Source: Alphaproteobacteria bacterium (GTDB lineage Bacteria; Pseudomonadota; Alphaproteobacteria; UBA6615). Taken from it: a DNA stretch of 64,000 nt. Shown in pieces: positions 52,112 to 60,809 of this stretch; the stretch's first letter is position 1; every line of letters begins with the position of its first letter. The notes under the pieces are model-generated. The model worked only from the letters and a program-made list of their open reading frames with translations, did no database searches and had not been told where the DNA came from. The translations under genes were made by a program, and so were the position numbers. Where the stretch lies: contig SHWB01000003.1 in assembly GCA_009691025.1 (NCBI GenBank), positions 37,851 through 101,850 on the forward strand, in the 5' to 3' direction.

Positions 52112-52139
52112 TATTTAACATCATTCTTGCCATTGGCAA
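52112..52139 (-). promoter_or_regulatory. candidate sigma-70-type promoter with operator-like palindrome for the permease/ATPase genes
   Basis: Minus strand: TTGCCA (52139-52134), 16-nt spacer, TAAATA (52117-52112). The -35 element lies in the perfect palindrome TTGCCAaTGGCAA (52127-52139). About 280 nt upstream of the livH-like start. Confidence 0.35.
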
Positions 52140-52181
52140 AGCGTTTTGCCCCTGCGTCCTGGACGGTCGCACCGCGCGCGC

Positions 52182-52210
52182 AAAAAAAACGGCGACCCGC
52201 GAGGGTCGCC
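52182..52210 (-). terminator. intrinsic terminator after the substrate-binding protein gene
   Basis: Minus strand: GGCGACCC-tcgc-GGGTCGCC followed by TTTTTTTT, 32 nt after the stop at 52242. Confidence 0.7.
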
Positions 52211-52241
52211 GTCCGGAACGTCCCGGATGTCCGGCCGTGTC

Positions 52242-53534
52242 CTATTTCGGCATGGCCTTCCGGCCGTCGTCGAGCGACAGCCAGTCGGCCGTCTTGTATT
52301 GCTCGGGCTTGATGATCTGGCGTGCGCCGGGCTTGGCGAAGGCGTCGATCGCCGCGCCGTCCTTGATGCCCTTGTACTGCACGAACAACACCCGATGGCT
52401 CTCCCACTCACCGTGAGGACCGAACTTCACGTCGCCGACCACGGTCTTGAAGGCCGTCTTGTGGATGTAGTCGGACAGAACCTTGTCGTCGGTCGACTTG
52501 GTGGCGGTGATGGCGGCGCCGAGGACCTGCAGGTAGGCGTAGGACCAAGGCGGCAGGTAGTGGCCGAGCGGGTCGACGCCGGCCGCCTTGGCGCGCGGCT
52601 GGTACTTGGTGAGGAACTCCTCGATAGCGTCGAACTTCAGCGTCGGCTCCGCCACATAGTAATCGTAGTTGACGATGCCGTTGAGCTTGGCGCCGAGCGC
52701 GTCGGCCACCGATGCGTATTGCAGGCCTACCATGCCGCCGCCGAACATCTTGATGGTTGGCGCGGCGCCGATCTCGTGCAGCGCCCGCACCAGGCCCACC
52801 GAATCCGGTGGGTACGACGCGGCGAAGACGAAGTCCGGGTTGGTCGCGTTGATGGCGCGGATGATGGGCGAGAAATCGGCCGTGGGCGGCGGGTAGCTCT
52901 TGTCGTAGACGACCTCGATGCCATGTTCCTTGGCATTGAGACGGGCGCCCTCGGCCGAGTTCTGCGCGTACTCGGCGTCGGCGGCGATGATCGCCACCTT
53001 CTTCATGCCCTTTTCCTTGGCGATCACGAAGTAGTCGGACGATATGCCACGCCGCGGCTGCGGGCCTGCCGGCAGGATCTGGAAGTAGCGGCCGTACTTG
53101 TACTCTTCGTTGTTGCCGAGGCCGAACAGCCCCATGAAGATCTTGTTGCGCTGGATGACGATTGGCATAGCCGGCGCGATCAGGTTGGTGCCGTAGCCGG
53201 ACACGACGAAGTCGACCTTGTCGACGTCGAGCAGCTTTGTATAGAGGCCGGGCACCGTCGCGGGATTGGTCTGGTCGTCGTAGTAGACCAGTTCGACCTT
53301 GCGGCCGAGCAGGCCGCCCCGGGAGTTCACGTCCTCCGCCCAGATCTGCATGCCGATGAGCGCGGACTTGCCGGCGCCGGCGAGACCGCCGGTGAGCGCC
53401 ATGCCGAAGCCGATCTTGAGCGGCTTGTCCTGCGCTGCCGCAGGCTGCGCCGCGAGCCCCGCGGCAACCACCGCCGATGCCGCCACGCCTGCAAGCAGCA
53501 GACGGCGGCCGATGGTGAGATTTCGTACTTTCAT
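52242..53534 (-). CDS. ABC transporter substrate-binding protein (LivK/Leu-Ile-Val-binding family)
   Basis: 430-aa ORF MKVRNLTIGRRLLLAGVAASAVVAAGLAAQPAAAQDKPLKIGFGMALTGGLAGAG..; type I periplasmic binding fold. Confidence 0.88.
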   Translation of the reverse strand: MKVRNLTIGRRLLLAGVAASAVVAAGLAAQPAAAQDKPLKIGFGMALTGGLAGAGKSALIGMQIWAEDVNSRGGLLGRKVELVYYDDQTNPATVPGLYTKLLDVDKVDFVVSGYGTNLIAPAMPIVIQRNKIFMGLFGLGNNEEYKYGRYFQILPAGPQPRRGISSDYFVIAKEKGMKKVAIIAADAEYAQNSAEGARLNAKEHGIEVVYDKSYPPPTADFSPIIRAINATNPDFVFAASYPPDSVGLVRALHEIGAAPTIKMFGGGMVGLQYASVADALGAKLNGIVNYDYYVAEPTLKFDAIEEFLTKYQPRAKAAGVDPLGHYLPPWSYAYLQVLGAAITATKSTDDKVLSDYIHKTAFKTVVGDVKFGPHGEWESHRVLFVQYKGIKDGAAIDAFAKPGARQIIKPEQYKTADWLSLDDGRKAMPK

Positions 53535-53781
53535 GGATTCACCTCCCCGGAGGTTCGAGCAATCCGATCGTCGTTGCGACCCTGATTTCGATTTGCAGCA
53601 TTGTTAACACGGATTACGGGCAGGAGAAAGGCAGTCGACTCCCGGCCCGAGAATGCTTGCCGGGTACACGGAACGCCGTCGGAACGTGGCGGCGCTTTCC
53701 CCTGCGATGGCGGGCGTCTGGAGGGGCGGGATGGCACCCCTCCCTTACGCCGTCTCGACGTGGCCCACCAGATGGGCCGCC

Positions 53782-56124
53782 TTACGCGGCCCGTGAGACA
53801 TCGTTGCCGAGCGCCCGCCACACCAGTTCCGCGGTCAGCGGCATGTCGAGGTGGCGCACGCCGCGTGCCTTCAGCGCGTCGCATACGGCGGCGACGACCG
53901 TCGGCGGCGCCGCCAGCGCGCCCGCCTCGCCGGCGCCCTTCACGCCGAGCGGGTTGGTCGTGCAGGGCACGACATTGAGGACGAGGGCGAGAAGCGGCAA
54001 ATCGTCGGCGCGCGGCATGGTGTAGTCCATGAACGAGGCGGTCACGAGCTGGCCGGACGACGCATCGTACACCGTCCGCTCCAGCAGGGCCTGGCCGACG
54101 CCCTGGGCGACGCCGCCATGCACCTGGCCCTCGATCAGCAGCGGGTTGATCGGCCGGCCGACATCGTCGACCGCGGAATAGCCGACCACCTGCACGCGCC
54201 CGGTGTCGGGGTCGACCTCGACCTCGCAGACATGGCAGCCATTGGGGAAGCTCCACGCCTCGCGCGTATGCGTGTCGTCGCCGGCGATGGCGCCCGCCAG
54301 CTCGGTCGGCAGCTTCGCCGTGCCGGCGCGCCGCGCAAGGTCGAACAGGCCGATGCGCTTGTCGGTGCCGACGACGCGGAAGATGCCGTCGTCGTATTCG
54401 ATGTCGGCGGCTGAGGCTTCCATCAGCTCGCCGGCGATCAGCTTCGCCTTCTCGATCATCTTGCGCCCGGCGTTGAGCGAGGCGACCGAGCCGATGTGGC
54501 TGGTGCGCGAGCCGTGGCTGCCGCCGCCCGACGGCAGATTGTCCGACGAATGCGTGTCGATGACGACGGATTCGAAGTCGATGCCCAGCTCGGCGGCGAT
54601 GATCTGCTTGAAGGAGGTGTCGTGGCCCTGGCCCATCGGCTGCGTGCCGACGCGCACGATGACGCGGTCGTCATTCAGTTCCACCTGCGCGGATTCGGTC
54701 GGGTTTCCGGCCGTGGTTTCGAGATAGAAGGTGAGACCGATGCCTGCGAGCTTGCCGCGCTCGGCGGCGGATTTGCGGCGCGCCGGGAAGCCGCGCCAGT
54801 CGGCCAGCTTCATCACCATGTCCATGTTGGTGGCGAAATCGCCGCTGTCGTAGGTGATGCCCATGGCGTTTCGGTAGGGCATCTGATCCGGCTTGATGAG
54901 GTTGCGGCGGCGCAGTTCGGTTGCGTCCATGCCGAGATCGGCGGCGGCGACATCGACCAGCCGCTCCATGATGTAGACCGCCTCGGGCCGTCCGGCGCCG
55001 CGATAGGGGCCGACCGGCGTGGTGTTGGTGACCACGCATTTAACTTCGACATGCGCCGCCGGCACGTCGTAGACGCCGGTCTGTATCTGCGGTCCCACCT
55101 GGGTCGGGATGGCGACGCCGGCCGAGCAGGAATAGGCGCCGATGCCGGCGACAGTCTCGACGCGCAGCGCTAGGATGCGGCCGTCGGCGGCCAGCGCCAG
55201 CTCGGCATGGGTGACGTTGTCGCGGCCGTGCAGGTCGGACAGGAAGCCCTCGCTGCGGTCGCTCGTCCACTTGACCGGGCGGCGCAGGCGCCGCGCCGCG
55301 AACATCACCAGCACCTGCTCGTGATAGGGGTGGGTCTTGTAGCCGAAGCCGCCGCCGACATCGTCGACCAGCACGCGGACGCGATCCTTGGGACATTTGA
55401 AGAAAGCGCCGGCCAGCCAGTCGCGCAGCAGGTGGCGGTTCTGGTTGCAGGTATAGACTTCCAGCGTGTCGGTCTCGGTCTCGTAGCGGCCTATGGCGCC
55501 GCGCGGCTCCATCGCGTTCTGCACTAGGCGCTGGTTGACGAGATCGACCTTCGCGATGTGCGCGGCGCGGGAGAAGGCCTGCTCGACGGCGGCCTTGTCG
55601 CCCAGTTCGGCGCGGAACAAATAGTTGTTTGGTACGTCCGGCCAGAGCTGCGGCGCGCCCGGCTCCATCGCGCGCGCGGTGTCGGTGATGGCCGGCAGCG
55701 CCCGGTAGTCGACGACGACCCGCTCGCCCGCGTCGCGCGCCTGCTCGGCCGTGGCGGCGACGACGAAGGCGACCGGGTCGCCGACATGGCGGACGCGGTC
55801 GCCGGTCAGCGCATGTTGCGGCGGGTAGGCCAGCGGCGAGCCGTCCGGCCTGGTCAGCGCGGCGAAGAATGGCGGCGGGCCGGGGAAGGTGCCGATGTTG
55901 TCGGCGTCGAGGTCGGCCTTGGTGTAGATCGCGGAGATTCCGGGCAGGCGCGCGGCTTCCGTCGTGTCGATCTTCACGATTTCGGCATGGGCGTGCGGCG
56001 AGCGCAGGACGTAGCCGTACAGCGTGTCTCTCGGCGTGACGTCGTCGGTGAAGCGCCCGCGGCCCGTCAGCAGCCGCGGATCCTCGTCCCTGCGGACAGG
56101 CTGACCCACACCGTACTTCGTCAT
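53782..56124 (-). CDS. xanthine dehydrogenase family molybdopterin-binding subunit (CoxL-like large subunit)
   Basis: 780-aa ORF MTKYGVGQPVRRDEDPRLLTGRGRFTDDV..GGGFGYK..GPYRGAGRPEA..GQGHDTSF..; large-subunit architecture. No small (2Fe-2S) or medium (FAD) subunit gene is adjacent. Confidence 0.88.
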   Translation of the reverse strand: MTKYGVGQPVRRDEDPRLLTGRGRFTDDVTPRDTLYGYVLRSPHAHAEIVKIDTTEAARLPGISAIYTKADLDADNIGTFPGPPPFFAALTRPDGSPLAYPPQHALTGDRVRHVGDPVAFVVAATAEQARDAGERVVVDYRALPAITDTARAMEPGAPQLWPDVPNNYLFRAELGDKAAVEQAFSRAAHIAKVDLVNQRLVQNAMEPRGAIGRYETETDTLEVYTCNQNRHLLRDWLAGAFFKCPKDRVRVLVDDVGGGFGYKTHPYHEQVLVMFAARRLRRPVKWTSDRSEGFLSDLHGRDNVTHAELALAADGRILALRVETVAGIGAYSCSAGVAIPTQVGPQIQTGVYDVPAAHVEVKCVVTNTTPVGPYRGAGRPEAVYIMERLVDVAAADLGMDATELRRRNLIKPDQMPYRNAMGITYDSGDFATNMDMVMKLADWRGFPARRKSAAERGKLAGIGLTFYLETTAGNPTESAQVELNDDRVIVRVGTQPMGQGHDTSFKQIIAAELGIDFESVVIDTHSSDNLPSGGGSHGSRTSHIGSVASLNAGRKMIEKAKLIAGELMEASAADIEYDDGIFRVVGTDKRIGLFDLARRAGTAKLPTELAGAIAGDDTHTREAWSFPNGCHVCEVEVDPDTGRVQVVGYSAVDDVGRPINPLLIEGQVHGGVAQGVGQALLERTVYDASSGQLVTASFMDYTMPRADDLPLLALVLNVVPCTTNPLGVKGAGEAGALAAPPTVVAAVCDALKARGVRHLDMPLTAELVWRALGNDVSRAA

Positions 56125-56285
56125 TGCGCTACCTCCCCGATACGACGCTTTGTTGGCTGCATTATCGGCATGGGACGGGGCAATTGAACAGGCTCTAGGT
56201 GGGCGGCGCGGGGAAATGGGGCTGGAGCAATATCCAGGCAGATCGAATCATGCCTTCGATGCCGTCACGGACGCGCCGCAGGCGC

Positions 56286-56383
56286 GATCCGGGAACCATG
56301 AACACAGGACCCTGGCCTCCTGGCGCGGCCCGGTGTTCATGGATCCCGGGTCTTAGCGCTCCGCGCTTCGCCCGGGACGACAG
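56286..56383 (-). repeat. MITE/REP-like element (family 2), copy A, inverted relative to copies B-D
   Basis: gatccgggaaccatgaacac..gtgttcatggatcccggg hairpin, followed by gtcttagcgctccgcgcttcgcccgggacgacag (reverse complement of the GTCGTCCCGGGCGrAGCGC..AGACCCGGGAnCCATGAACAC core). Confidence 0.6.
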
Positions 56384-56451
56384 TCGGTGAATACATTCGA
56401 GCGGAAAATGCTCTAGCCTGCGCCCGAACGGCCGGGATAAGGCGGGCGGAG

Positions 56452-57410
56452 ATGGCAATTCCCAACCAGCGGATGGCGTATTTCAACGGCGCGATCGTGC
56501 CGGAGAGCGAGGTGGTGCTGCCGTTCCGCTACCGCGGCGTGAAATACGGCGAAGCTGTCTTCGACATCACCCGCACTTTCGGCCACCGCATCTTCCGGCT
56601 GCAGGAGTACCTCGACCGGCTCTACCGCTCGCTGCGATATCTGCGCATCGACCCGGGACTGTCGCCGGCCGGGATGGCGCGGGCGACCGAAGAAGTGGTC
56701 GAACGCAACCTGCCGCTGATCGGCAAGGACTAGGATTACTGGGTCTCGCAGCGCATCACCCGCGGCATCGTCGACGACAACGAGCGCACCGCCTGGCCCG
56801 ACTGGAAGGGCCCGACCGTGATCGTCGAGTGCCTGCCACTGCCGATCTCCGTGCGCGCCCGCTACTACCGCCACGGCATCGACGTGATGACGTCATCGGT
56901 GCGCCGCACCTCGCCCGGTTCGCTGTCACCGCGCGCCAAGACCCACAATTACCTCAACCTCATCATGGCCGACCTCGAAGTGCAGGCGACCGACCCGGCG
57001 GCCTTCACCGTGCTGCTCGACGAGAACGGCAATCTCTGCGAGGGGCACGGCTCCACATCTTCCTCGTCATGGACGGCGCGGTGCTGACGCCGCGCGAACG
57101 CTATGTGCTGCCCGGCATCAGCCGGCAGACCACCATCGACCTTGCGAACCGGCTCAGCCTGCCGTGCCGCGAGGCCGACCTCGACCTCTACGACGCCGCC
57201 AACGCCGACGAAGTTTTCATCACCTCGACCAACTTCTGCATCTGCCCGATCCGCTCGATCAACGGCCAGCGCATGGCCGATACGGCGATCCCCGGCACGG
57301 TCACGAAACGCCTGATGGACGCCTACGTGGAACATGTCGGATTCGACTGGGTGGCGCAGTATCTGCGCTACCAGGACGTGGCGGCGACGGGCCCGTCGGG
57401 CGGGCGATAG
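56452..57410 (+). pseudogene. class IV (branched-chain/D-amino acid) aminotransferase, disrupted (amber codon and 1-nt deletion)
   Basis: MAIPNQRMAYFNGAIVPESEVVLPFRYRGVKYGEAVFDITRTF..NLPLIGKD*DYWVSQRITRGIVDD..PRAKTHNYLNLIMADLEVQ..LLDENGNLCEGHGS, then the frame changes near 57052-57059 (tccacatc, expected tccaacatc) to ..IFLVMDGAVLTPRERYVLPGISRQTTIDLA..DEVFITSTNFCICPIRSINGQ... TAG at 56731-56733. Confidence 0.8.
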
Positions 57411-57433
57411 TGGTGGCCGGGTGATCTGTTGTT

Positions 57434-57561
57434 TGTCGTCCCGGGCGGAGCGCGTAGCGCGAAGACCCGGGAACCATGCACACCGAACGGTGAAGTACAG
57501 CTAACGTCCGGTGTTCATGGGTTCCGGCTAGCGGCCTTGCAGGCCTTGGCCGGAACGACAG
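57434..57561 (+). repeat. MITE/REP-like element (family 2), copy B
   Basis: tgtcgtcccgggcggagcgcgtagcgcgaagacccgggaaccatgcacacc..ccggtgttcatgggttccgg..ccggaacgacag; terminal inverted repeats TGTCGTCCCGG / CCGGAACGACA. Confidence 0.6.
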
Positions 57562-57590
57562 TCCCTGAAGTGCACTGCGTGAAATTAATC

Positions 57591-58388
57591 TCACCCCACC
57601 ACAGGCGCCACCTTCTCTCGCGCCAGCCTGAACCCGTCCAGCAGCGCGCCGGCGTCGGTGCCGAGGAAGCAGCAGCGCGAGGCGCCCATCGCCACGTATT
57701 GTCTAAGGATGTCCGGGCTGGCTATGCCGGCGGAGATCAGAGGTTTTCCGGCCGCCCGCGCGCCGACGATGGCCTTCTCGTAGCAGGCGCGCACCTTCGC
57801 GTGCCAGTGCTCGCCATGGACGTCGAGATTGGCCGAGAGATCGTTGGTGCCGATCAGCAGCGCATCGACGCCGGGCACGGCGGCGATGGCGGCGGCGTTG
57901 TCGGCGCCCTTCTGGCTCTCGATCATGGCGATCACCAGGCACTCGGCATTGGCCGCCGCCATGCCGTCGCGCAGCGACACCGGGCGATAGACCATCTGCG
58001 GCCCGGAGCCGGAGGCCGAGCGCTTGCCTTCCGGCGGGTAGCGGCAGGCATCGGCACAGCGTTGCGCCGTCTCGCCGTCCTCGACATCGGGGAAGATGAT
58101 GCCCATGGCACCGACATCGAGGGCGCGGCTGGCATGCGAGGGCGTGTGGTCGGCCACGCGCACCAGCGGCGTAACGCCCAGCGCCGTCGCCAGCTGCGCC
58201 ATCGGGCCGATCAGCGACAAATCGAGGCCGGAATGCTGCATGTCGAGATAGACGGCGTCGTAGCCGGCTGCCGCGACGATGCCGATCACATCCGTCGTGC
58301 GGCCAACGCGGATGGCCACCGCGTAGCAGGCCTCGTTGGCGGCCAGCTTGCGCTTGAGGCGGTTGGGCGGAACGAGGGCGTCGGCCAT
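57591..58388 (-). CDS. HpcH/HpaI family aldolase
   Basis: 265-aa ORF ..GYDAVYLDMQHSGLD..LVRVADH..MIESQKG..DALLIGTNDLS..; class II aldolase/citrate lyase beta-like. Confidence 0.85.
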   Translation of the reverse strand: MADALVPPNRLKRKLAANEACYAVAIRVGRTTDVIGIVAAAGYDAVYLDMQHSGLDLSLIGPMAQLATALGVTPLVRVADHTPSHASRALDVGAMGIIFPDVEDGETAQRCADACRYPPEGKRSASGSGPQMVYRPVSLRDGMAAANAECLVIAMIESQKGADNAAAIAAVPGVDALLIGTNDLSANLDVHGEHWHAKVRACYEKAIVGARAAGKPLISAGIASPDILRQYVAMGASRCCFLGTDAGALLDGFRLAREKVAPVVG

Positions 58389-58526
58389 GGCGGTTCTCTC
58401 CTTGCGTTGCCGGCACGATACCTTCCGCCCGGCGGCCGGGCGACGCCCTTCGCGAGGCGGTTGCCGGACGCGTCGCGCCGCTATTTAATGTCCGTTAAGT
58501 AAACTCGCGCCTTGGGGGCTCGTGCG

Positions 58527-60602
58527 ATGCGGTTCGCGGTCGATACCGGCGGCACCTTCACCGACCTGATCGTCGAGGACGACGAGGGCGGCCTGCACAT
58601 GTTCAAGGCCGCGACCACGCCGGACGATCCGATCCGCGGCGTGGTCGACGTCATGCAGGTGGCGGCCGACGGTCTCGGCATGAAGCTCGACGCGCTGCTC
58701 GGCCGCGGCTCGATGTTCATCCACGGCACGACCCACGCCATCAACGCCATCGTCACCGGCAACACCGCCAAGACGGCGTTCCTCACCACCGAGGGCCACC
58801 GCGACATCCTCGTCTTCCGCGAGGGCGGGCGCATGGAGCCGTTCAACTTCACGGTGCCCTTCCCGGAGCCCTACGTGCCGCGCGCGCTGACCTGGGAGGT
58901 GCCGGGCCGCATCCTCGCCGACGGTTCGGAGATGCGCCCGGTCGACGAGGCAGCCGTGGTGCGCGCCATCGCCGAGATGAAGGCCAAGGGCGTGCAGGCC
59001 GTCGCCGTCTGCCTGCTGTGGTCGATCGTCAACCCGGCGCATGAGCGCAAGGTCGGCGATCTGCTGGCGAAGCACCTGCCGGGCGTGCCGTTCACGCTGT
59101 CGCATGAACTCAACCCCAGCCTGCGCGAGTATCGCCGCGCCTCCTCGGCGGCGATGGATGCCTCGCTCAAGCCGCAGATGACGGCCTATATGCGCAACCT
59201 CACCGGCCGCCTCGCCGCCGCCGGCTTCACGGGGCGCGTGCTGATCGTCACCTCGCAGGGCGGCGTGATGGACGCCGACACCATTGCCGGGACGCCGATC
59301 CACCTCATCAATTCCGGCCCGTCGATGGCGCCGGTCTCGGGGCGCTGGTTCGCCCAGGCCGACGAGGGTAGCGACACGGCCGTCATCGCCGATACCGGCG
59401 GCACCACCTACGACGTCAGCCTCGTGCGCCGCGGCCGCATCCCGTGGACGCGCGAGACCTGGCTCGGCCAGCCCTATCGCGGCCACATGACCGGCTTTCC
59501 CTCGGTCGATGTGAAGTCCATCGGCGCCGGCGGCGGCTCCATCGCCTGGGTCGACGATGGCGGCATGCTGCACGTCGGCCCGCAATCGGCCGGCGCCGTG
59601 CCGGGCCCGGCCTGCTACGGCCATGGCGGCACGCGCGCCACCGTCACCGACGCGACGCTGGCGCTGGGCTGGCTCGACCCGGCCTTCTTCCTCGGTGGCG
59701 CGATGAAACTCGACGCCGACGCGGCGCGGCGCGTCGTGACCGATACGGTGGCCAAGCCGATGGGCCTGTCGACCGAGGAGGCCGCCGCCGCCATCGTCGC
59801 CATCGCTACCGAGAACATGGTGCAGGCCATCGTCGACATCACCGTCAACCAGGGCATCGACCCGCGCGAGGCGATCCTGATCGGCGGTGGCGGCGCGGCC
59901 GGCCTCAATTCGGTGTGGATTGGCCGCCGCCTAGACAGCCCGCGCGTCGTCATACCAGAGGTCGGCGCGGCCCTCTCGGCGGCCGGCGCGCTGATGTCCG
60001 ACCTCTCCTCGCAATACCACCGCACCTTCTTCGCCGAGTCCGCGCATTTCGACCGTGACTCCGTGAACCTCGTGCTCGACGAGCTGGAGAAGCGCTGCCA
60101 GGCCTTCATCGACGGGCCGGGCCGCGGCTCGATAGCGCAGACCATCGAGTTCATCGCCGAGGCCCGCTATCCCGAGCAGGTCTGGGAGATCGAGGTGCAG
60201 CTGCCAAGGCGCCGCTTCGAGAGCGACGCCGACGTGCAGGCGCTGGTACAGGCCTTCCACAAGGTGCACGAGGACATCTTCGCCATCGCCGACCCGGACT
60301 CCGGCATCGAGGTGGTGGGCTGGGGCGCCACCGTGTCGTGCCGGCTGCGCGAGGGCGCCGGCGGCGCGCTGGTGCATCGCGGCGCGGCGAAGGGAAGCGG
60401 GCAGGGCACGCGACGCGTCTATTTCGCCGGCCACGGTTTCGTCGAGGCGCAGGTGCGCCGCTTCGAGGCGATGGCGGCGGGCGAGCGCATCGACGGCCCG
60501 GCCATCGTCGAGAGCGCATTCACCACCGTCGTGCTCGACCCCGATTCCTGGGCTGAGCGCCGCCCCTCCGGATCGCTCTCCATCGTGCCGACGAAAGGGT
60601 AG
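58527..60602 (+). CDS. hydantoinase/oxoprolinase family protein, A (beta) subunit type
   Basis: ATG at 58527: MRFAVDTGGTFTDLIVEDDEGG..TTEGHRDIL..DTGGTTYDVSLV..; HyuA family. Confidence 0.9.
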   Translation: MRFAVDTGGTFTDLIVEDDEGGLHMFKAATTPDDPIRGVVDVMQVAADGLGMKLDALLGRGSMFIHGTTHAINAIVTGNTAKTAFLTTEGHRDILVFREGGRMEPFNFTVPFPEPYVPRALTWEVPGRILADGSEMRPVDEAAVVRAIAEMKAKGVQAVAVCLLWSIVNPAHERKVGDLLAKHLPGVPFTLSHELNPSLREYRRASSAAMDASLKPQMTAYMRNLTGRLAAAGFTGRVLIVTSQGGVMDADTIAGTPIHLINSGPSMAPVSGRWFAQADEGSDTAVIADTGGTTYDVSLVRRGRIPWTRETWLGQPYRGHMTGFPSVDVKSIGAGGGSIAWVDDGGMLHVGPQSAGAVPGPACYGHGGTRATVTDATLALGWLDPAFFLGGAMKLDADAARRVVTDTVAKPMGLSTEEAAAAIVAIATENMVQAIVDITVNQGIDPREAILIGGGGAAGLNSVWIGRRLDSPRVVIPEVGAALSAAGALMSDLSSQYHRTFFAESAHFDRDSVNLVLDELEKRCQAFIDGPGRGSIAQTIEFIAEARYPEQVWEIEVQLPRRRFESDADVQALVQAFHKVHEDIFAIADPDSGIEVVGWGATVSCRLREGAGGALVHRGAAKGSGQGTRRVYFAGHGFVEAQVRRFEAMAAGERIDGPAIVESAFTTVVLDPDSWAERRPSGSLSIVPTKG

Positions 60603-60651
60603 GGCGATGACCGTAGTCGGTCCACTTACATTGGCTTGCCGTCCCCGTCAC

Positions 60652-60774
60652 CTGTCGTACCGGGCGGAGCGCAGCGGAGACCCGGGACCCATGAACACGG
60701 ACGGCGCGAAAGCTGTAGAAGCCTGTGTTCATGGCACCAGGCTCGCGCCCCTGCTGGCCTTGTCCGAGACGACA
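60652..60774 (+). repeat. MITE/REP-like element (family 2), copy C
   Basis: ctgtcgtaccgggcggagcgcagcggagacccgggacccatgaacacgg..cctgtgttcatggcaccagg..ccgagacgaca. It accounts for the spurious N-terminal part of ORF 60636..62567. Confidence 0.6.
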
Positions 60775-60809
60775 TCTTTTCAGTGTACTCTCAGGTTCTG
60801 GAGGCGAGC

